64,000 bases of DNA from a virus (IMGVR_UViG_3300032236_000443:1-64000); one strand, 5' to 3'. Counted from the stretch's first letter, positions 19,174 to 29,082 are shown. Numbers and translations are program-made. Notes: generated by a model not told the origin, from the letters alone.

Positions 19174-20429
19174 TACCGACCAATCCATTTACTAGAAGAC
19201 ATTTTTAGCCCTGCTTTACTTTGGTTTACCAAAGGTGCTTTTCTGCTAATTTTAGCAACAGTTGTCTTAGTAGTCATTCCTGTCGCCATTTCAGAGAGCA
19301 CATTTCTTGTAGGAACAAGGCTAGCGTCAGAGTTACGAAGTCCAGTTCCTCTGTTATCGCCTGTACCATCGGTAAAGCACGTAAACTCAACGTTATAACG
19401 CCCATCGTAAGTCATGTGGTGGACTGCAGAAGTTACTACCCAAAATCCGTCTGTTTCGTCGCCAGTTCCATTTATGTCAATAGTTCTGTAAGGAGCAATT
19501 CTGGCATCGCCTTGGGCACTTCCCTCTGCGTGAAGGGAGAACCGTGCTAACTGAGCAAAGCCATCAGCCATTGCTTTGGCTGTTGCGGTGCTTTCAGCAA
19601 CACGGGTAGGAACTATCTCTTTAAACAAATCTTCTTTGGTAGAGATTCTAAGGCTCTTTCCAGTTTTACTTGGGGAAGAAGTTTGGGAAAAAATTCTTCC
19701 TGTAATTGGGTCTAATCCAGATACTACCTTGTCTTTTTTAACGTGAGAAGTTGATTCGTTAATACTTCCTACGGTGGTTCTAAACATGTCTAAGGTGTGT
19801 GCTTCGTATGTTGTCCCAGGGTTTATGTCATTGTCGTGGTAAGACAAGATAGGAATAGAGGTGTTGAAGTGGTCAATCATTTTGTCAATAGGATGGAAGT
19901 GAAGTTCTACACCAATAACGTGGCAAACATATCCAACACGTTCAGCAAGTTCTTGAAGTTTTTCCCAGTAAGAATGCCCAATCATAGTTTGTTGACCAAA
20001 CCGAACTGGGTGTTGAGTAACTACAGGTTTTAACTTATGCTTTTGTGCAATGTCAGTAGCAATTTCTGAAGCAGTTTTGTTTTTCCAAAGAGTATTTGCA
20101 CCTTCTTTTAATGGGAAAGAGGCAGCAATACCTTTAACTATGGTGTTTCGTGTCAGTGTTGCCTGTGTCTTTGAGTGAACGCTGTATACATGGCCTATGA
20201 ACTGACCAGAAGATGCTTCATTAGACCAAGAAATTTCCATTAGAACGCCAGTCTTCAACATAGTGTTAAAGAACTTATTGGCAGCGGCGTAAGAAAGTTC
20301 TACTTGGTCATGTTGACCTTTAGCCTGTCGTATGGTCACTGAGTTAGGTGCAACAGTTATTGAAGGAAACTCAGGGTATCTAACCTCAAACGTCGTACCT
20401 ACTCTACTTTGGTAGGTACGTTTAGTCAT
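19173..20429 (-). CDS. Baseplate hub (gpD/VgrG-like)
   Basis: WKNKTASEIA..IA, SYWEKLQELAERVGY, GFWVVTSAVH; position in the baseplate operon. Confidence 0.8.
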   Translation of the reverse strand: MTKRTYQSRVGTTFEVRYPEFPSITVAPNSVTIRQAKGQHDQVELSYAAANKFFNTMLKTGVLMEISWSNEASSGQFIGHVYSVHSKTQATLTRNTIVKGIAASFPLKEGANTLWKNKTASEIATDIAQKHKLKPVVTQHPVRFGQQTMIGHSYWEKLQELAERVGYVCHVIGVELHFHPIDKMIDHFNTSIPILSYHDNDINPGTTYEAHTLDMFRTTVGSINESTSHVKKDKVVSGLDPITGRIFSQTSSPSKTGKSLRISTKEDLFKEIVPTRVAESTATAKAMADGFAQLARFSLHAEGSAQGDARIAPYRTIDINGTGDETDGFWVVTSAVHHMTYDGRYNVEFTCFTDGTGDNRGTGLRNSDASLVPTRNVLSEMATGMTTKTTVAKISRKAPLVNQSKAGLKMSSSKWIGR

Positions 20430-20697
20430 TAGGAATCCTTAGTTGAGTTCCAATAGGAATCTCAAATGGGTTAATAATCTCTGGGTTAATGTCCATGATT
20501 TTCCACCATAGCGAAGCATTACCCAGGTTTACAGCAGCAATGTTTTGCACATTATCAATTTCTGTAACCTCATGAATGTAAAACTTTGACTGGTAGTTAG
20601 GCCATGCTCTAAAGACGGTTAATGCAAACTCATCTTTGTACGAGTTGTAACCGTAGAACAAAGGACCATCTGAATAGCGGCTGTCTAAGTAAATCAC
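20422..20697 (-). CDS. Tail X/LysM-like baseplate protein
   Basis: IAAVNLGNASLWWKIMDINPEIINPFEIPIGTQLRIP. Confidence 0.85.
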   Translation of the reverse strand: MIYLDSRYSDGPLFYGYNSYKDEFALTVFRAWPNYQSKFYIHEVTEIDNVQNIAAVNLGNASLWWKIMDINPEIINPFEIPIGTQLRIPND

Positions 20698-21974
20698 TGT
20701 TGATACACCGCCAAGTTTCCTCCGCCAGTTGTTGCCGCTCCTTTAGCGGTAATAATTCCATCCCAGTAACGGTTACAGGTCAGTGAAACAAACGTTTGAA
20801 CAGGAACCATTCGGCTATTAAAAATGGTGTGACGAATAGAAAGTCCAGTTACACGTACACGATAGCGAAGGTTATTTCCTAAATGCAGTTCTACTGGACG
20901 TACAGGCAACCAACCTGGGTCGCTTGTTTCTCCTCGTAGTGAGGAAACATAATTTGAGTTTCCTGCATAACCATGAAGTGCCTTAAACAAGTACTCCATG
21001 TCATACATAGTTCCCATTTCAACAATTTTCTTTAGTTCGGCACGCTCAGAACTTCCTGGTGGAGGAGTCCATTTTGGATAAGGACTACTTCCGTCATAAG
21101 TTCCGTCTGGCCTTAGTACTTGCATATCTTCTGTTCTGTTTAAGAACAAGTCAAAAGAAACTGTAGCACCTGTCATGTTTGCAGTAATAGGTGCAGTATG
21201 GTCTAAACCAAGTGCTTCGTACATTGGGTTTGCTAACGCAACTCCCTGCCAAGACATATTAATTTCTTTAGGGTTGTACATAAACTTAAACCCGTACATA
21301 TTTCCATCAAATTTTCTTTTGTCTTTTTTAGCAGCCTGAGTTGCTTGCGCTAAAACGTTTACAGAGTTAGTTACACGGTCCATCTGCAAAGTTCCTCGAC
21401 CACCAGCAATATTTCCGTCTTGGGTTATCGTCCAAGCCTTAATCGCATCACTGTAAGCGCCTTGGTCTACAAAGTGGAACATGCCTTCAGTTCCTGTTTT
21501 TACTAACTTTCTTGTTGTCCAAGAACCGCTGTCGTAAGGATGTGGAATTTTTTCTTCTACATACTCGGCTGCTTTGGGCATAGACAATGGGTTGAAGTAA
21601 GCGCTGCTAACCATAGGGGCGTTGTAATAGAAAGGTCCTTTACTAGGGGTAACCTTTACGTCAGGTGTACCGCTACCGCTGCTGCTACTGCTGCTTCCAG
21701 CAGAACGGCCTTTTCCATCTACTGATGGCATTGGTTTTACAAACTTTTTTGCCGCAGCAATAGACGCCTTCTCAGACATACCTGAAGGCATACCGTAAAT
21801 GTTAGTAGGAGGTGAGTACATAGTTGCCGTGGCAGTGGCTGAACCTATGTTTTGAAATTGCAGCAAATCGGTAGCAGGAAGATACAGTTGAGTATCTGGA
21901 ATTGGTGTGGTCTTTTGGAACGTAGGAATATTTGCGTTCTTAAAAGCAGGGGTCTTTGCTTTTTTAGGTGCCAT
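20694..21974 (-). CDS. Tube-initiator/baseplate-tube protein
   Basis: FKFMYNPKEI motif and C-terminal PVELHLG...RMVP; lies between tape measure and tail X. Confidence 0.65.
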   Translation of the reverse strand: MAPKKAKTPAFKNANIPTFQKTTPIPDTQLYLPATDLLQFQNIGSATATATMYSPPTNIYGMPSGMSEKASIAAAKKFVKPMPSVDGKGRSAGSSSSSSGSGTPDVKVTPSKGPFYYNAPMVSSAYFNPLSMPKAAEYVEEKIPHPYDSGSWTTRKLVKTGTEGMFHFVDQGAYSDAIKAWTITQDGNIAGGRGTLQMDRVTNSVNVLAQATQAAKKDKRKFDGNMYGFKFMYNPKEINMSWQGVALANPMYEALGLDHTAPITANMTGATVSFDLFLNRTEDMQVLRPDGTYDGSSPYPKWTPPPGSSERAELKKIVEMGTMYDMEYLFKALHGYAGNSNYVSSLRGETSDPGWLPVRPVELHLGNNLRYRVRVTGLSIRHTIFNSRMVPVQTFVSLTCNRYWDGIITAKGAATTGGGNLAVYQQ

Positions 21975-24553
21975 TATTTACGTCCAATCATATCGGAAGA
22001 ACTTGAGTCATCTATTAAGGCTTTAACTCTTTTAGCAAAGAGAATTGCTTCACTATCAGATGCTTGGCTTACAGTTAAGTATATGTTTGTTGTATTACCA
22101 ATACTGGTAGAACCAGAAGAAGTTACCGTAGGAACAGTTGAAACAGTGTCAATTACTGTTTGAGTATCTGGCATAGAAGCACCAGAGCCTGGAGTTCCTC
22201 CACCTTTAATTTTTGTTCCCCATTTTGAACTGTTTACATCTGCTGTAAACTGTTCAAGAGAAGCGTTTGACCTTAAGTCATTCATAATCTTTGTGTAACC
22301 ACGAGCATCAGCGTTAGCGCCAGTAAGAGTCTGTAAGGTTGCATCTACACCCTGGTCTAAAGAACCATAAGTCTTTACTCCAACAGAGTTAAAGACCCCA
22401 GCACCTGGCATATCTAAGGTTGTGTTTAGGGGGTTAAAGGCGTTATTAGACGTTCCTCCCTCCCAGTGCATCCACGTAGTAAGCGCAGTTACATCGCTAT
22501 CTGTAACTTTAATGCCAGCCTTAGTTAAGAATGCTCTAGCAAATTCTTGGTCACCAGCAGTTCCAGCATTAGGGTTTACAGCGCCGTTACTTCCAGAATT
22601 TTGGTAGATGCCTAGTGTTTGTAAGCCTGCTGCTGCAGTCAAAGCATTTGTGTTCATTGGGTCAAATGCTGTTTGCCCAGAAATAGGAAGAATTGCTCCC
22701 TGAAGTTTTGATGGGTCTACAGGATTATTAGGGCCTTGTTGAACTTCAAAGTGAAGACCAGGTCCAGTTGTGTTACCTGATTTTCCAGTTTCACCAATTT
22801 TTTGGCCTTGAGATACTTGTGTTCCAGGACTAACATCTTTGCGGCTTAAGTGAGCGTAAATCGTAGAGTAACCATCAGGATGGTTGATTATTACTGCATC
22901 ACCATAGTCTGGGTTAAGAGTTTGATTGGAAACAATTCCATCTTTTGCTGCAACAACAGTAGTTCCAATGTCAGCAATAAAGTCTGTTCCTAAGTGCTTT
23001 CCACCTGTTTTAGACCAAATACTACTGTCAATATCTCCGTAGTTTGCAGAGACAGTGCCTACTGCAGTACCTCCTGATGCCAAAGCATTTGAAAGACCAG
23101 TTGTATCGGTAGGGGCTAATGCATTTGTTGCGCCTGGCGTTCCTCCACCACGAGCACGTCCGCTAAAGGAGCCTCCGTAACCTGGGCTTCCTCCTCCTCC
23201 AAATGTCATTGCAGCACCAGCAGCCGCAATAGGTACGCCAATTCCAACTTCTGAAGTAAGTGCTCCAGCAGCCATCATTCCAACGCCAAGTATCTTTTTA
23301 CCAATACCTAAAATACTTCCAAAAAGGCTCTTTGCACCTTTACCAGCGTTTGTTCCGCTAAGCCCATCGAGATAAGCCTTGTAACCTTCAAGAGATGCAA
23401 TAGTGTCTCCAAAGGCTTTGTTAAATGCTGTTACAGTGTCTGCAGCAGTTTGTAGCCCTTGAATTGCTGCTGATTCTGATTTACCTGCAACTCCAGTTTG
23501 AGAAGAGTTCATTTGGTACAAAGGACTGTAAGGGTTGTTATTGCCAGTTGCATTTTGCGCTGAGGCTAAGTCTGGGTTCTTTCCATTTGCAATATCTTGG
23601 AACGCTTTACGCATCATGATTCCAAGGTCACCTGTAAAGCCCATGCTCTGCATTGCTGGACCTAAGTTACCGTTTTGGAAATCGCTGTTGATTCCTGCTG
23701 CAGTGTTACCGTTAGGGAACAAAACTGAGTAGGCTTGCTGTGCAATATTTCCTACACTAAGAGCGTTACCCTTTGAGTCAATGGTAGAGATACCGTATTG
23801 ATAAAGGTTTGCTCCCATACCGCCAGTTGCAAGAGCAGACATGGCATTTGCTGCGTTCTCGTTTGGCATAGCCAAGGTACGAGCAGCACCAGCAACTTGG
23901 GATACTACGTTAAGGTAATTTTGGCTTCCAGCATTAAATCCAGCATTTGCAAGAATGTTTGCAGTTGCTGCATCGGAGCCCATGCTTGTAATTTGACCTT
24001 GTAGAGCGCTAAAGGTTGCGTTCTCTAATTTTGCACGGCTGATGCTGTTACCACTCATTGTTGCTGCTTGGAAGTAACCACCAGCACGGTTAACAATTGT
24101 GTTGGTATCAATCATGCTTGCAAAAGCAGCCTTAACAGGAGCAGTAACTAAATCTGTACCGATGCTAAGAGCAGCCATAGCCATGGTGCCTTTGCCTACT
24201 CCTCCACCACCAGAGAAGCCTGCAAGTCCAAGGCCTGTTCCTGTACCCCCTGTTCCTCCTGCAGCGCCTTGAGGTTCTCCACCAACAACTCCAGGAGTTG
24301 TGGCAGCCATTGAAGGCATAGCAGATGGAGCAGGAGTACTGAACTGTGCAAGAGCGCCGTACATAACATTAGTGTTTCCACCAACGCCTAATCCTTTTTG
24401 TCCTGTTCCAGCACCAATTGCAGCACCAACATTAGAGAAGGTGCTGCTAGCGGCAGAGCCAACACTAGCGATGGCAGAGTGGAGTTGGTTGACCTTGTTA
24501 GTTAAGTCAGAAACTCCCTGCGACATCGCTTGGATGTTTTGTACTACGCTCAC
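21974..24553 (-). CDS. Tape-measure-like protein with M23 peptidase and lysozyme/lytic-transglycosylase-like domain
   Basis: Ala/Gly-rich helical body; M23 motifs HLGTD, YAHLS, GPGLHFE; C-terminal WMHWEGG...NPLNTT. Confidence 0.85.
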   Translation of the reverse strand: MSVVQNIQAMSQGVSDLTNKVNQLHSAIASVGSAASSTFSNVGAAIGAGTGQKGLGVGGNTNVMYGALAQFSTPAPSAMPSMAATTPGVVGGEPQGAAGGTGGTGTGLGLAGFSGGGGVGKGTMAMAALSIGTDLVTAPVKAAFASMIDTNTIVNRAGGYFQAATMSGNSISRAKLENATFSALQGQITSMGSDAATANILANAGFNAGSQNYLNVVSQVAGAARTLAMPNENAANAMSALATGGMGANLYQYGISTIDSKGNALSVGNIAQQAYSVLFPNGNTAAGINSDFQNGNLGPAMQSMGFTGDLGIMMRKAFQDIANGKNPDLASAQNATGNNNPYSPLYQMNSSQTGVAGKSESAAIQGLQTAADTVTAFNKAFGDTIASLEGYKAYLDGLSGTNAGKGAKSLFGSILGIGKKILGVGMMAAGALTSEVGIGVPIAAAGAAMTFGGGGSPGYGGSFSGRARGGGTPGATNALAPTDTTGLSNALASGGTAVGTVSANYGDIDSSIWSKTGGKHLGTDFIADIGTTVVAAKDGIVSNQTLNPDYGDAVIINHPDGYSTIYAHLSRKDVSPGTQVSQGQKIGETGKSGNTTGPGLHFEVQQGPNNPVDPSKLQGAILPISGQTAFDPMNTNALTAAAGLQTLGIYQNSGSNGAVNPNAGTAGDQEFARAFLTKAGIKVTDSDVTALTTWMHWEGGTSNNAFNPLNTTLDMPGAGVFNSVGVKTYGSLDQGVDATLQTLTGANADARGYTKIMNDLRSNASLEQFTADVNSSKWGTKIKGGGTPGSGASMPDTQTVIDTVSTVPTVTSSGSTSIGNTTNIYLTVSQASDSEAILFAKRVKALIDDSSSSDMIGRK

Positions 24554-24563
24554 TTAGTGCCTT

Positions 24564-24713
24564 TCAGTTCTTAACCTCTACGAGGTTAAACCAGTTATCT
24601 CGTTCTCTAGGTGACAATTCTTTGATGTCATTTAGAGTCCAGTTTGTGTACGCTTCTCCTAACCATTTCCATTCCCTTATCAGGAACTTGTATGGCGTTC
24701 TGCTATATACGAA
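24564..24713 (-). CDS. C-terminal extension of the tail assembly chaperone, reached by a putative +1 frameshift
   Basis: Start-less +1 frame reads FVYSRTPYKFLIREWKWLGEAYTNWTLNDIKELSPRERDNWFNLVEVKN*, resembling gpGT-type chaperone extensions, and fills the gap to the tape measure gene. Confidence 0.7.
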   Translation of the reverse strand, partial: FVYSRTPYKFLIREWKWLGEAYTNWTLNDIKELSPRERDNWFNLVEVKN

Positions 24714-25515
24714 ACAAGGCTCCTAAACTAATAGGAACACTTACCTCACTTTCGCAATCAGGGCAAGTAACAGTGAGGCTGTCAAACTTTGGACCTGGGA
24801 TGCGCTCATTAATTGCGTCAACAATCTTGCGTCGGTCTGTAAGGCTTAGGTTCTGAACCTGTGCCTTACCAATAACTGGGGAGTTACCAATCTTCATAAC
24901 TGTGTTTTCAAGAAGAATGGTGTTTAGTTCTGCCGCAGTTTTATCTGCGTTAAGAATCAATTCTTTCTGGGTAATGCCAGTAGGAAGTTGAACGGTAAAT
25001 TCAACATTCTTTCCTTGTACGGTGAATACTCGGTCATTGATTGGGTCAGCAAGTTTTTGGACCTTGATATCTGTATCAATGTCTACTTCCACAGTCTTTA
25101 CATCTTGGCACTTGCCGCAATAGGCTCCAACAGGAGGGTTTGCTCCAAAGGTTACCTTGAGAATAGACAACAGAAGCATGTCTCTGTCACCAGAGAGCAT
25201 CTTGTCTAATACGTCTTCAGTAATCTTTTGGTTCCCTACTCGCACTGAGCCACGCTGGAGGATAGTGAGAAGCGCCTTGCTAGTGGTTGACGCACGGGCA
25301 ATCGCCTCTTCATCCTTACCGTTTAGTTCACGTACTTCCGCTTCGGTGATGACCTCCCCAGTTTCGCTATCGAGATAGCCACCAGGGAGAGTCACCAACG
25401 TATCCGAAGGAGGTGTAACTTCTACTTCTTTTTGTTGCGGCTTTTCTGCCACAACTTTCTTAATCAAGTCGTTTGCCAATGCGGGATTAGCCGCTGCACT
25501 AATGGTGTTCGTCAT
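24703..25515 (-). CDS. Tail assembly chaperone (T4 gp26/baseplate-hub-chaperone-like, two CxxC)
   Basis: AEVRELNGKDEE, GDRDMLLL, CGKC, CPDC; between tube and tape measure. Confidence 0.8.
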   Translation of the reverse strand: MTNTISAAANPALANDLIKKVVAEKPQQKEVEVTPPSDTLVTLPGGYLDSETGEVITEAEVRELNGKDEEAIARASTTSKALLTILQRGSVRVGNQKITEDVLDKMLSGDRDMLLLSILKVTFGANPPVGAYCGKCQDVKTVEVDIDTDIKVQKLADPINDRVFTVQGKNVEFTVQLPTGITQKELILNADKTAAELNTILLENTVMKIGNSPVIGKAQVQNLSLTDRRKIVDAINERIPGPKFDSLTVTCPDCESEVSVPISLGALFRI

Positions 25516-25532
25516 GTTATTCCTTTGTTAGA

Positions 25533-26147
25533 TTAGAATGTTGCTGCTGAAGTTACTTTTTTATCTGTATCAATTGAAGCCCAGTTAAGGTCAAAGCCTT
25601 CGTGGACTAGGGTCATCTGCTCAACGTAGAGAGCGTTGTCTCCAGCGTTAAGGTCTGAGTATGCAACGGTTGTAGGCCATGCGTTGTAGACCTTGAAGCG
25701 CATTGCTACTTCGTCAGAGCCTCCAGCAGTAGCGCCAGAGTTAACGTCAGCACCAGCAGATGGGACTGGGTGGTTAAGGACTGCAATTTCCAAATCGCAA
25801 CGGAAGTTGCGAGATGGTGCAAGTGTTGAACCGCCAGCCTGAACAGTTGCGAACAACTGCTTCATCCAATCCCAGTTTTGCTTGCTTCCAAGGATGACGC
25901 CACGTTGAAGAGTCAACGGGGTGAATGAAGTCTGTCCTGGAATCTGGTGAACAGTGGTGTTGTAGCCACCTTCACGGTAAGGGATAGAGTCTGTGGTTAC
26001 AGCCAATCCTGAAACAGAGGTGAAACCAATGCTTACAGGGTTGAAGGCTGTGTTTGATGTGTCTTGAGGCTGGAACGTTACCAAGAACCGAAAGTTACGG
26101 ACTGGGTCAGTTGCTAGCGTCGAGCGATTGTTGACAATTGTTGCCAT
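25533..26147 (-). CDS. Tail tube protein (T4 gp19-like)
   Basis: DPVRNFRF, GFTSVSGL, YREGG, LTLQRG, YNAWP, LVHEG. Confidence 0.93.
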   Translation of the reverse strand: MATIVNNRSTLATDPVRNFRFLVTFQPQDTSNTAFNPVSIGFTSVSGLAVTTDSIPYREGGYNTTVHQIPGQTSFTPLTLQRGVILGSKQNWDWMKQLFATVQAGGSTLAPSRNFRCDLEIAVLNHPVPSAGADVNSGATAGGSDEVAMRFKVYNAWPTTVAYSDLNAGDNALYVEQMTLVHEGFDLNWASIDTDKKVTSAATF

Positions 26148-26169
26148 TGTTTATTTATCTCCTTCGTTC

Positions 26170-27693
26170 TTAGGCGATAGTCTTTTGACTAAGGTCAATT
26201 ACGATGAACTCTGCAGGGTACTGTAGAGCGACACCGACTTGGATGTGTACTTCACCGTTTGCAATTGATTGGGCGGTGTTGTTAGTTCCATCGCACAAGA
26301 TGAAGTATGCCTGTGCTGGTGTAGCACCACGAAGGCCGCCTTGGTTCTTGTACTCATTGAGGAAGATGTTGATAGCAGTGCGGAGTTTTGCCCACAATAC
26401 TTCATCATTGTTCTCAAAGATTGCAAATTGCGATAGGTTCTTGAGTTGCTTGCGGATGTAGATAAGTGAACGACGCATGTTGACATACTTGTTCGCTGTA
26501 CCATCTTGAAGCAATGTACGGGCACCCATAACAGCAAGTCCTGCACCAGGAATCTGGCGAAGTGGGTTTACTGGAGCGCTACCTGAGTTCATCGCATCAA
26601 GTTCTGCAGATGTGAATGACTTCTCGATAGCAACGATGCCTGCAACAGTTGTTCCAATACCTGCTGGAGCCTTGAATACACCACGAGTTGTATCAGTGTG
26701 TAGGTAAAGACCAGCGACTGCACCAGAAGGTCCAATCAAACGGGTAGCACCTGTTCCACGACCGATTGGGTCTGAGATGTATGTCCATGGGTAGTAAACA
26801 GCCGCATAACTGGTGTCTTGGAGAGAACCAGCGTATGTGATTGCTTGTGCTGAAGTCTGCGCCTTTGCTGTTTCAACAATGACAAAGCCATTGTTTGTTT
26901 CAGCCCATGCAGTTGCAGCGTTGTAGACATCAACTGTGTGTGATGCTAGAGACTGTACTGCTGGGAGGAATAGGACTAGAGGACGGTCAAGAGAAGAGAA
27001 GTCTTCGAAGACGGAAACTGAACCACCCTTGTAGAGTGTGTAGTCTGTGTAGACAACTGCTGAACCGTTTCCACTATTGACAACAGTTCCGTGCATTGTT
27101 AGTGGATATGGGTTAGTCATTACTGGGACACCAGAAGCACTGAGGCTTACGATGATGTTAGGTGACACTGTGTTGATTACAGTCTCTGCAAAGTCGCTAG
27201 AGGTTGAATCGTCAAATACGACGTTCTCATAGCGCTCAAGAAGAATGTCATCTGAGATGTCGTTGAGAACGCCTGATTCCTTGTAGACACTTACGGTGTA
27301 AGTGCTAGAAACAGTGCCAGCAGAAAGAACAATACGAAGAAGAGTTCCGTCTGAACCTGCGTTCTTAGCGGTGAAGCGTGCAACAACGGCTGAGCCAGCA
27401 GTTACTGCTTCAACGTATGCCTGAGATGCATCAGCAGCAAGAAGACGCTTTACGTAAAGTTCACGTCCACCGTTGTTGAAGTATGCTGCAACTTGGAAGG
27501 TTGCTGGGTAGGCAGCGTTGTAGCCACCAAAATACTTGGTAAATTCGTACCAAGATTGTACAAGCGTTACTGATTCTGGTCCTTGTGCAAAAGGTGCAAC
27601 AACGGCTCCAGCAGCATTTGCCGTTACTCCACTTGGGAGTGTTGGCGGAAGTAGGCGTTCACTGATGTAAATACCTGGGCGACCATAGGCCAT
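26170..27693 (-). CDS. Contractile tail sheath protein
   Basis: RPGIYISE, YFNNGG, YAAVYYPW, PSGAVAG, KAPAG, GARTL, YVNMRR, FENND, PAEFIVI. Confidence 0.96.
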   Translation of the reverse strand: MAYGRPGIYISERLLPPTLPSGVTANAAGAVVAPFAQGPESVTLVQSWYEFTKYFGGYNAAYPATFQVAAYFNNGGRELYVKRLLAADASQAYVEAVTAGSAVVARFTAKNAGSDGTLLRIVLSAGTVSSTYTVSVYKESGVLNDISDDILLERYENVVFDDSTSSDFAETVINTVSPNIIVSLSASGVPVMTNPYPLTMHGTVVNSGNGSAVVYTDYTLYKGGSVSVFEDFSSLDRPLVLFLPAVQSLASHTVDVYNAATAWAETNNGFVIVETAKAQTSAQAITYAGSLQDTSYAAVYYPWTYISDPIGRGTGATRLIGPSGAVAGLYLHTDTTRGVFKAPAGIGTTVAGIVAIEKSFTSAELDAMNSGSAPVNPLRQIPGAGLAVMGARTLLQDGTANKYVNMRRSLIYIRKQLKNLSQFAIFENNDEVLWAKLRTAINIFLNEYKNQGGLRGATPAQAYFILCDGTNNTAQSIANGEVHIQVGVALQYPAEFIVIDLSQKTIA

Positions 27694-27728
27694 GATTTCT
27701 CCTAACTAGTTATTGGATGGGTTTCGTG

Positions 27729-28418
27729 TTATTCCGAGATGGTGAACGATTCAATAGCAGTGTAAGGATGGTTAGTCTGCCCTGGAGCAGCAACACCTTC
27801 AGTGCCTGTAACAGATATTTGCAACGCCTTGTATACTTGGTTGTAGAGTTGTGGCACAATCTCGGATGAGACTCGTACCGTAAAAGCATTTACGAATAAA
27901 CGCTTTCCTTGCTCTGTCACGTCTCTCTTGGAGATATCTAGGATATCTAAGCGACGAACAGTTCCATCATCGGGTTCAAGAATGCCGAACCGAAGAGGAA
28001 GTCTTGTATGCATTAACTGCGCCAAAATCTCACGGTCATGACGTGGTTGGCGAGAGTATGTAGTTATCTGGTAATCAATGTTTACTGGGATAGGCCAATT
28101 GATTTCCCAGTTGTTGAGTGCTGGGTCATAGGTAACTCCCTGTGTACCGTCAGAAGGAGCAACCATGAACTCTGGGTCTGGCAGGTAGTTAGGCTTAACC
28201 TTGCCACGCATAGAGCGTGAGAAATCTTCTGCAATGTCAATCATGTCAATAACGATGTATGGATATGACTGGTTACGTGGTTCCTGGTCAGGTTGTCCAA
28301 ACCAAACATCAACGTTGCGTTGAGCGTTTCCGCCCTCGTCAATCGTCTTTTGGTCAGTTACCTTCATGCCCTTAAGAAGGTCACGAAGAGCCTTATCTTC
28401 AGAAAGAATGAATGTCAT
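27729..28418 (-). CDS. Tail terminator/completion protein
   Basis: VWFGQPDQE, YPYIVID, PVNIDYQITTY; immediately upstream of the sheath gene. Confidence 0.65.
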   Translation of the reverse strand: MTFILSEDKALRDLLKGMKVTDQKTIDEGGNAQRNVDVWFGQPDQEPRNQSYPYIVIDMIDIAEDFSRSMRGKVKPNYLPDPEFMVAPSDGTQGVTYDPALNNWEINWPIPVNIDYQITTYSRQPRHDREILAQLMHTRLPLRFGILEPDDGTVRRLDILDISKRDVTEQGKRLFVNAFTVRVSSEIVPQLYNQVYKALQISVTGTEGVAAPGQTNHPYTAIESFTISE

Positions 28419-28732
28419 AGGTTACCCAACATCTTGGACATACGTCCTACTAGGAACTTGTCTGCTTCTTGGGTACGGTTGATAGACCGACGAACTGCAG
28501 CGGTAGGGCGTTGTGATGGGGTGCCGTACTCTAGGTCCATAGCCTCAGACTTATGTGAGTCATGGATGTGCGCTTGGAAGCCATCTTTTCCATACGATAC
28601 ATGGAGGTTGCTAGCAACGTGTGAAGGCCATCCGCTAGCGTGGGCTTCGTTCTGAAGATGTGCTGACATCATGTGGCTAGTCTCATGACTTGCTTTAGTC
28701 AGTGCGCTCTTAAAAGCATGGATTTCTTTCAT
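28415..28732 (-). CDS. Neck/head-tail protein (HK97 gp10-like)
   Basis: DLEYGT...PTAAVR motif; position. Confidence 0.55.
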   Translation of the reverse strand: MKEIHAFKSALTKASHETSHMMSAHLQNEAHASGWPSHVASNLHVSYGKDGFQAHIHDSHKSEAMDLEYGTPSQRPTAAVRRSINRTQEADKFLVGRMSKMLGNL

Positions 28733-28840
28733 ACGGTAGCCACCATTTGGGTAGGCATAAGCAGCATGATAAATCCCCTTTTAAAGCGCAAGTAGTTGGG
28801 ACTACACAGAGGTCGCACGACGTTCTGATACTGCAATGAT

Positions 28841-28867
28841 AAAGAAGAAAGGCCCCTTTCGGGGCCT
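28841..28867 (-). terminator. Rho-independent terminator
   Basis: Minus strand AGGCCCC-GAAA-GGGGCCT followed by TTCTTCTTT. Confidence 0.8.
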
Positions 28868-28872
28868 AACTC

Positions 28873-29082
28873 TTACTTCTTTTTCTTTTCTTTCTTGTCT
28901 TCCTTCTTATCGGAAGCCTTAATCTTCTTTACAATCTTCTTATCCATCTTTGCATCGTCTTCTTGAGACTTAGGCTTACGATGCTTCTTGTCCATCTTCT
29001 TAAACTTTGCCATCTCGTCTTTATCAAGACCCTTGGTTGTCTTAGCGTCTTGCTTCTTGTCTGACTTCTCTGTGTACTTCAT
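28873..29082 (-). CDS. Small Lys/Asp-rich protein
   Basis: 69 aa, extremely Lys-rich, RBS AAGGAG. Confidence 0.7.
   Translation of the reverse strand: MKYTEKSDKKQDAKTTKGLDKDEMAKFKKMDKKHRKPKSQEDDAKMDKKIVKKIKASDKKEDKKEKKKK

Noticed and set aside
13374-27693. Bacterial contractile injection system (eCIS/tailocin)
   Set aside because: The sheath, tube and baseplate are linked to capsid, portal, terminase and a replisome, so this is a phage
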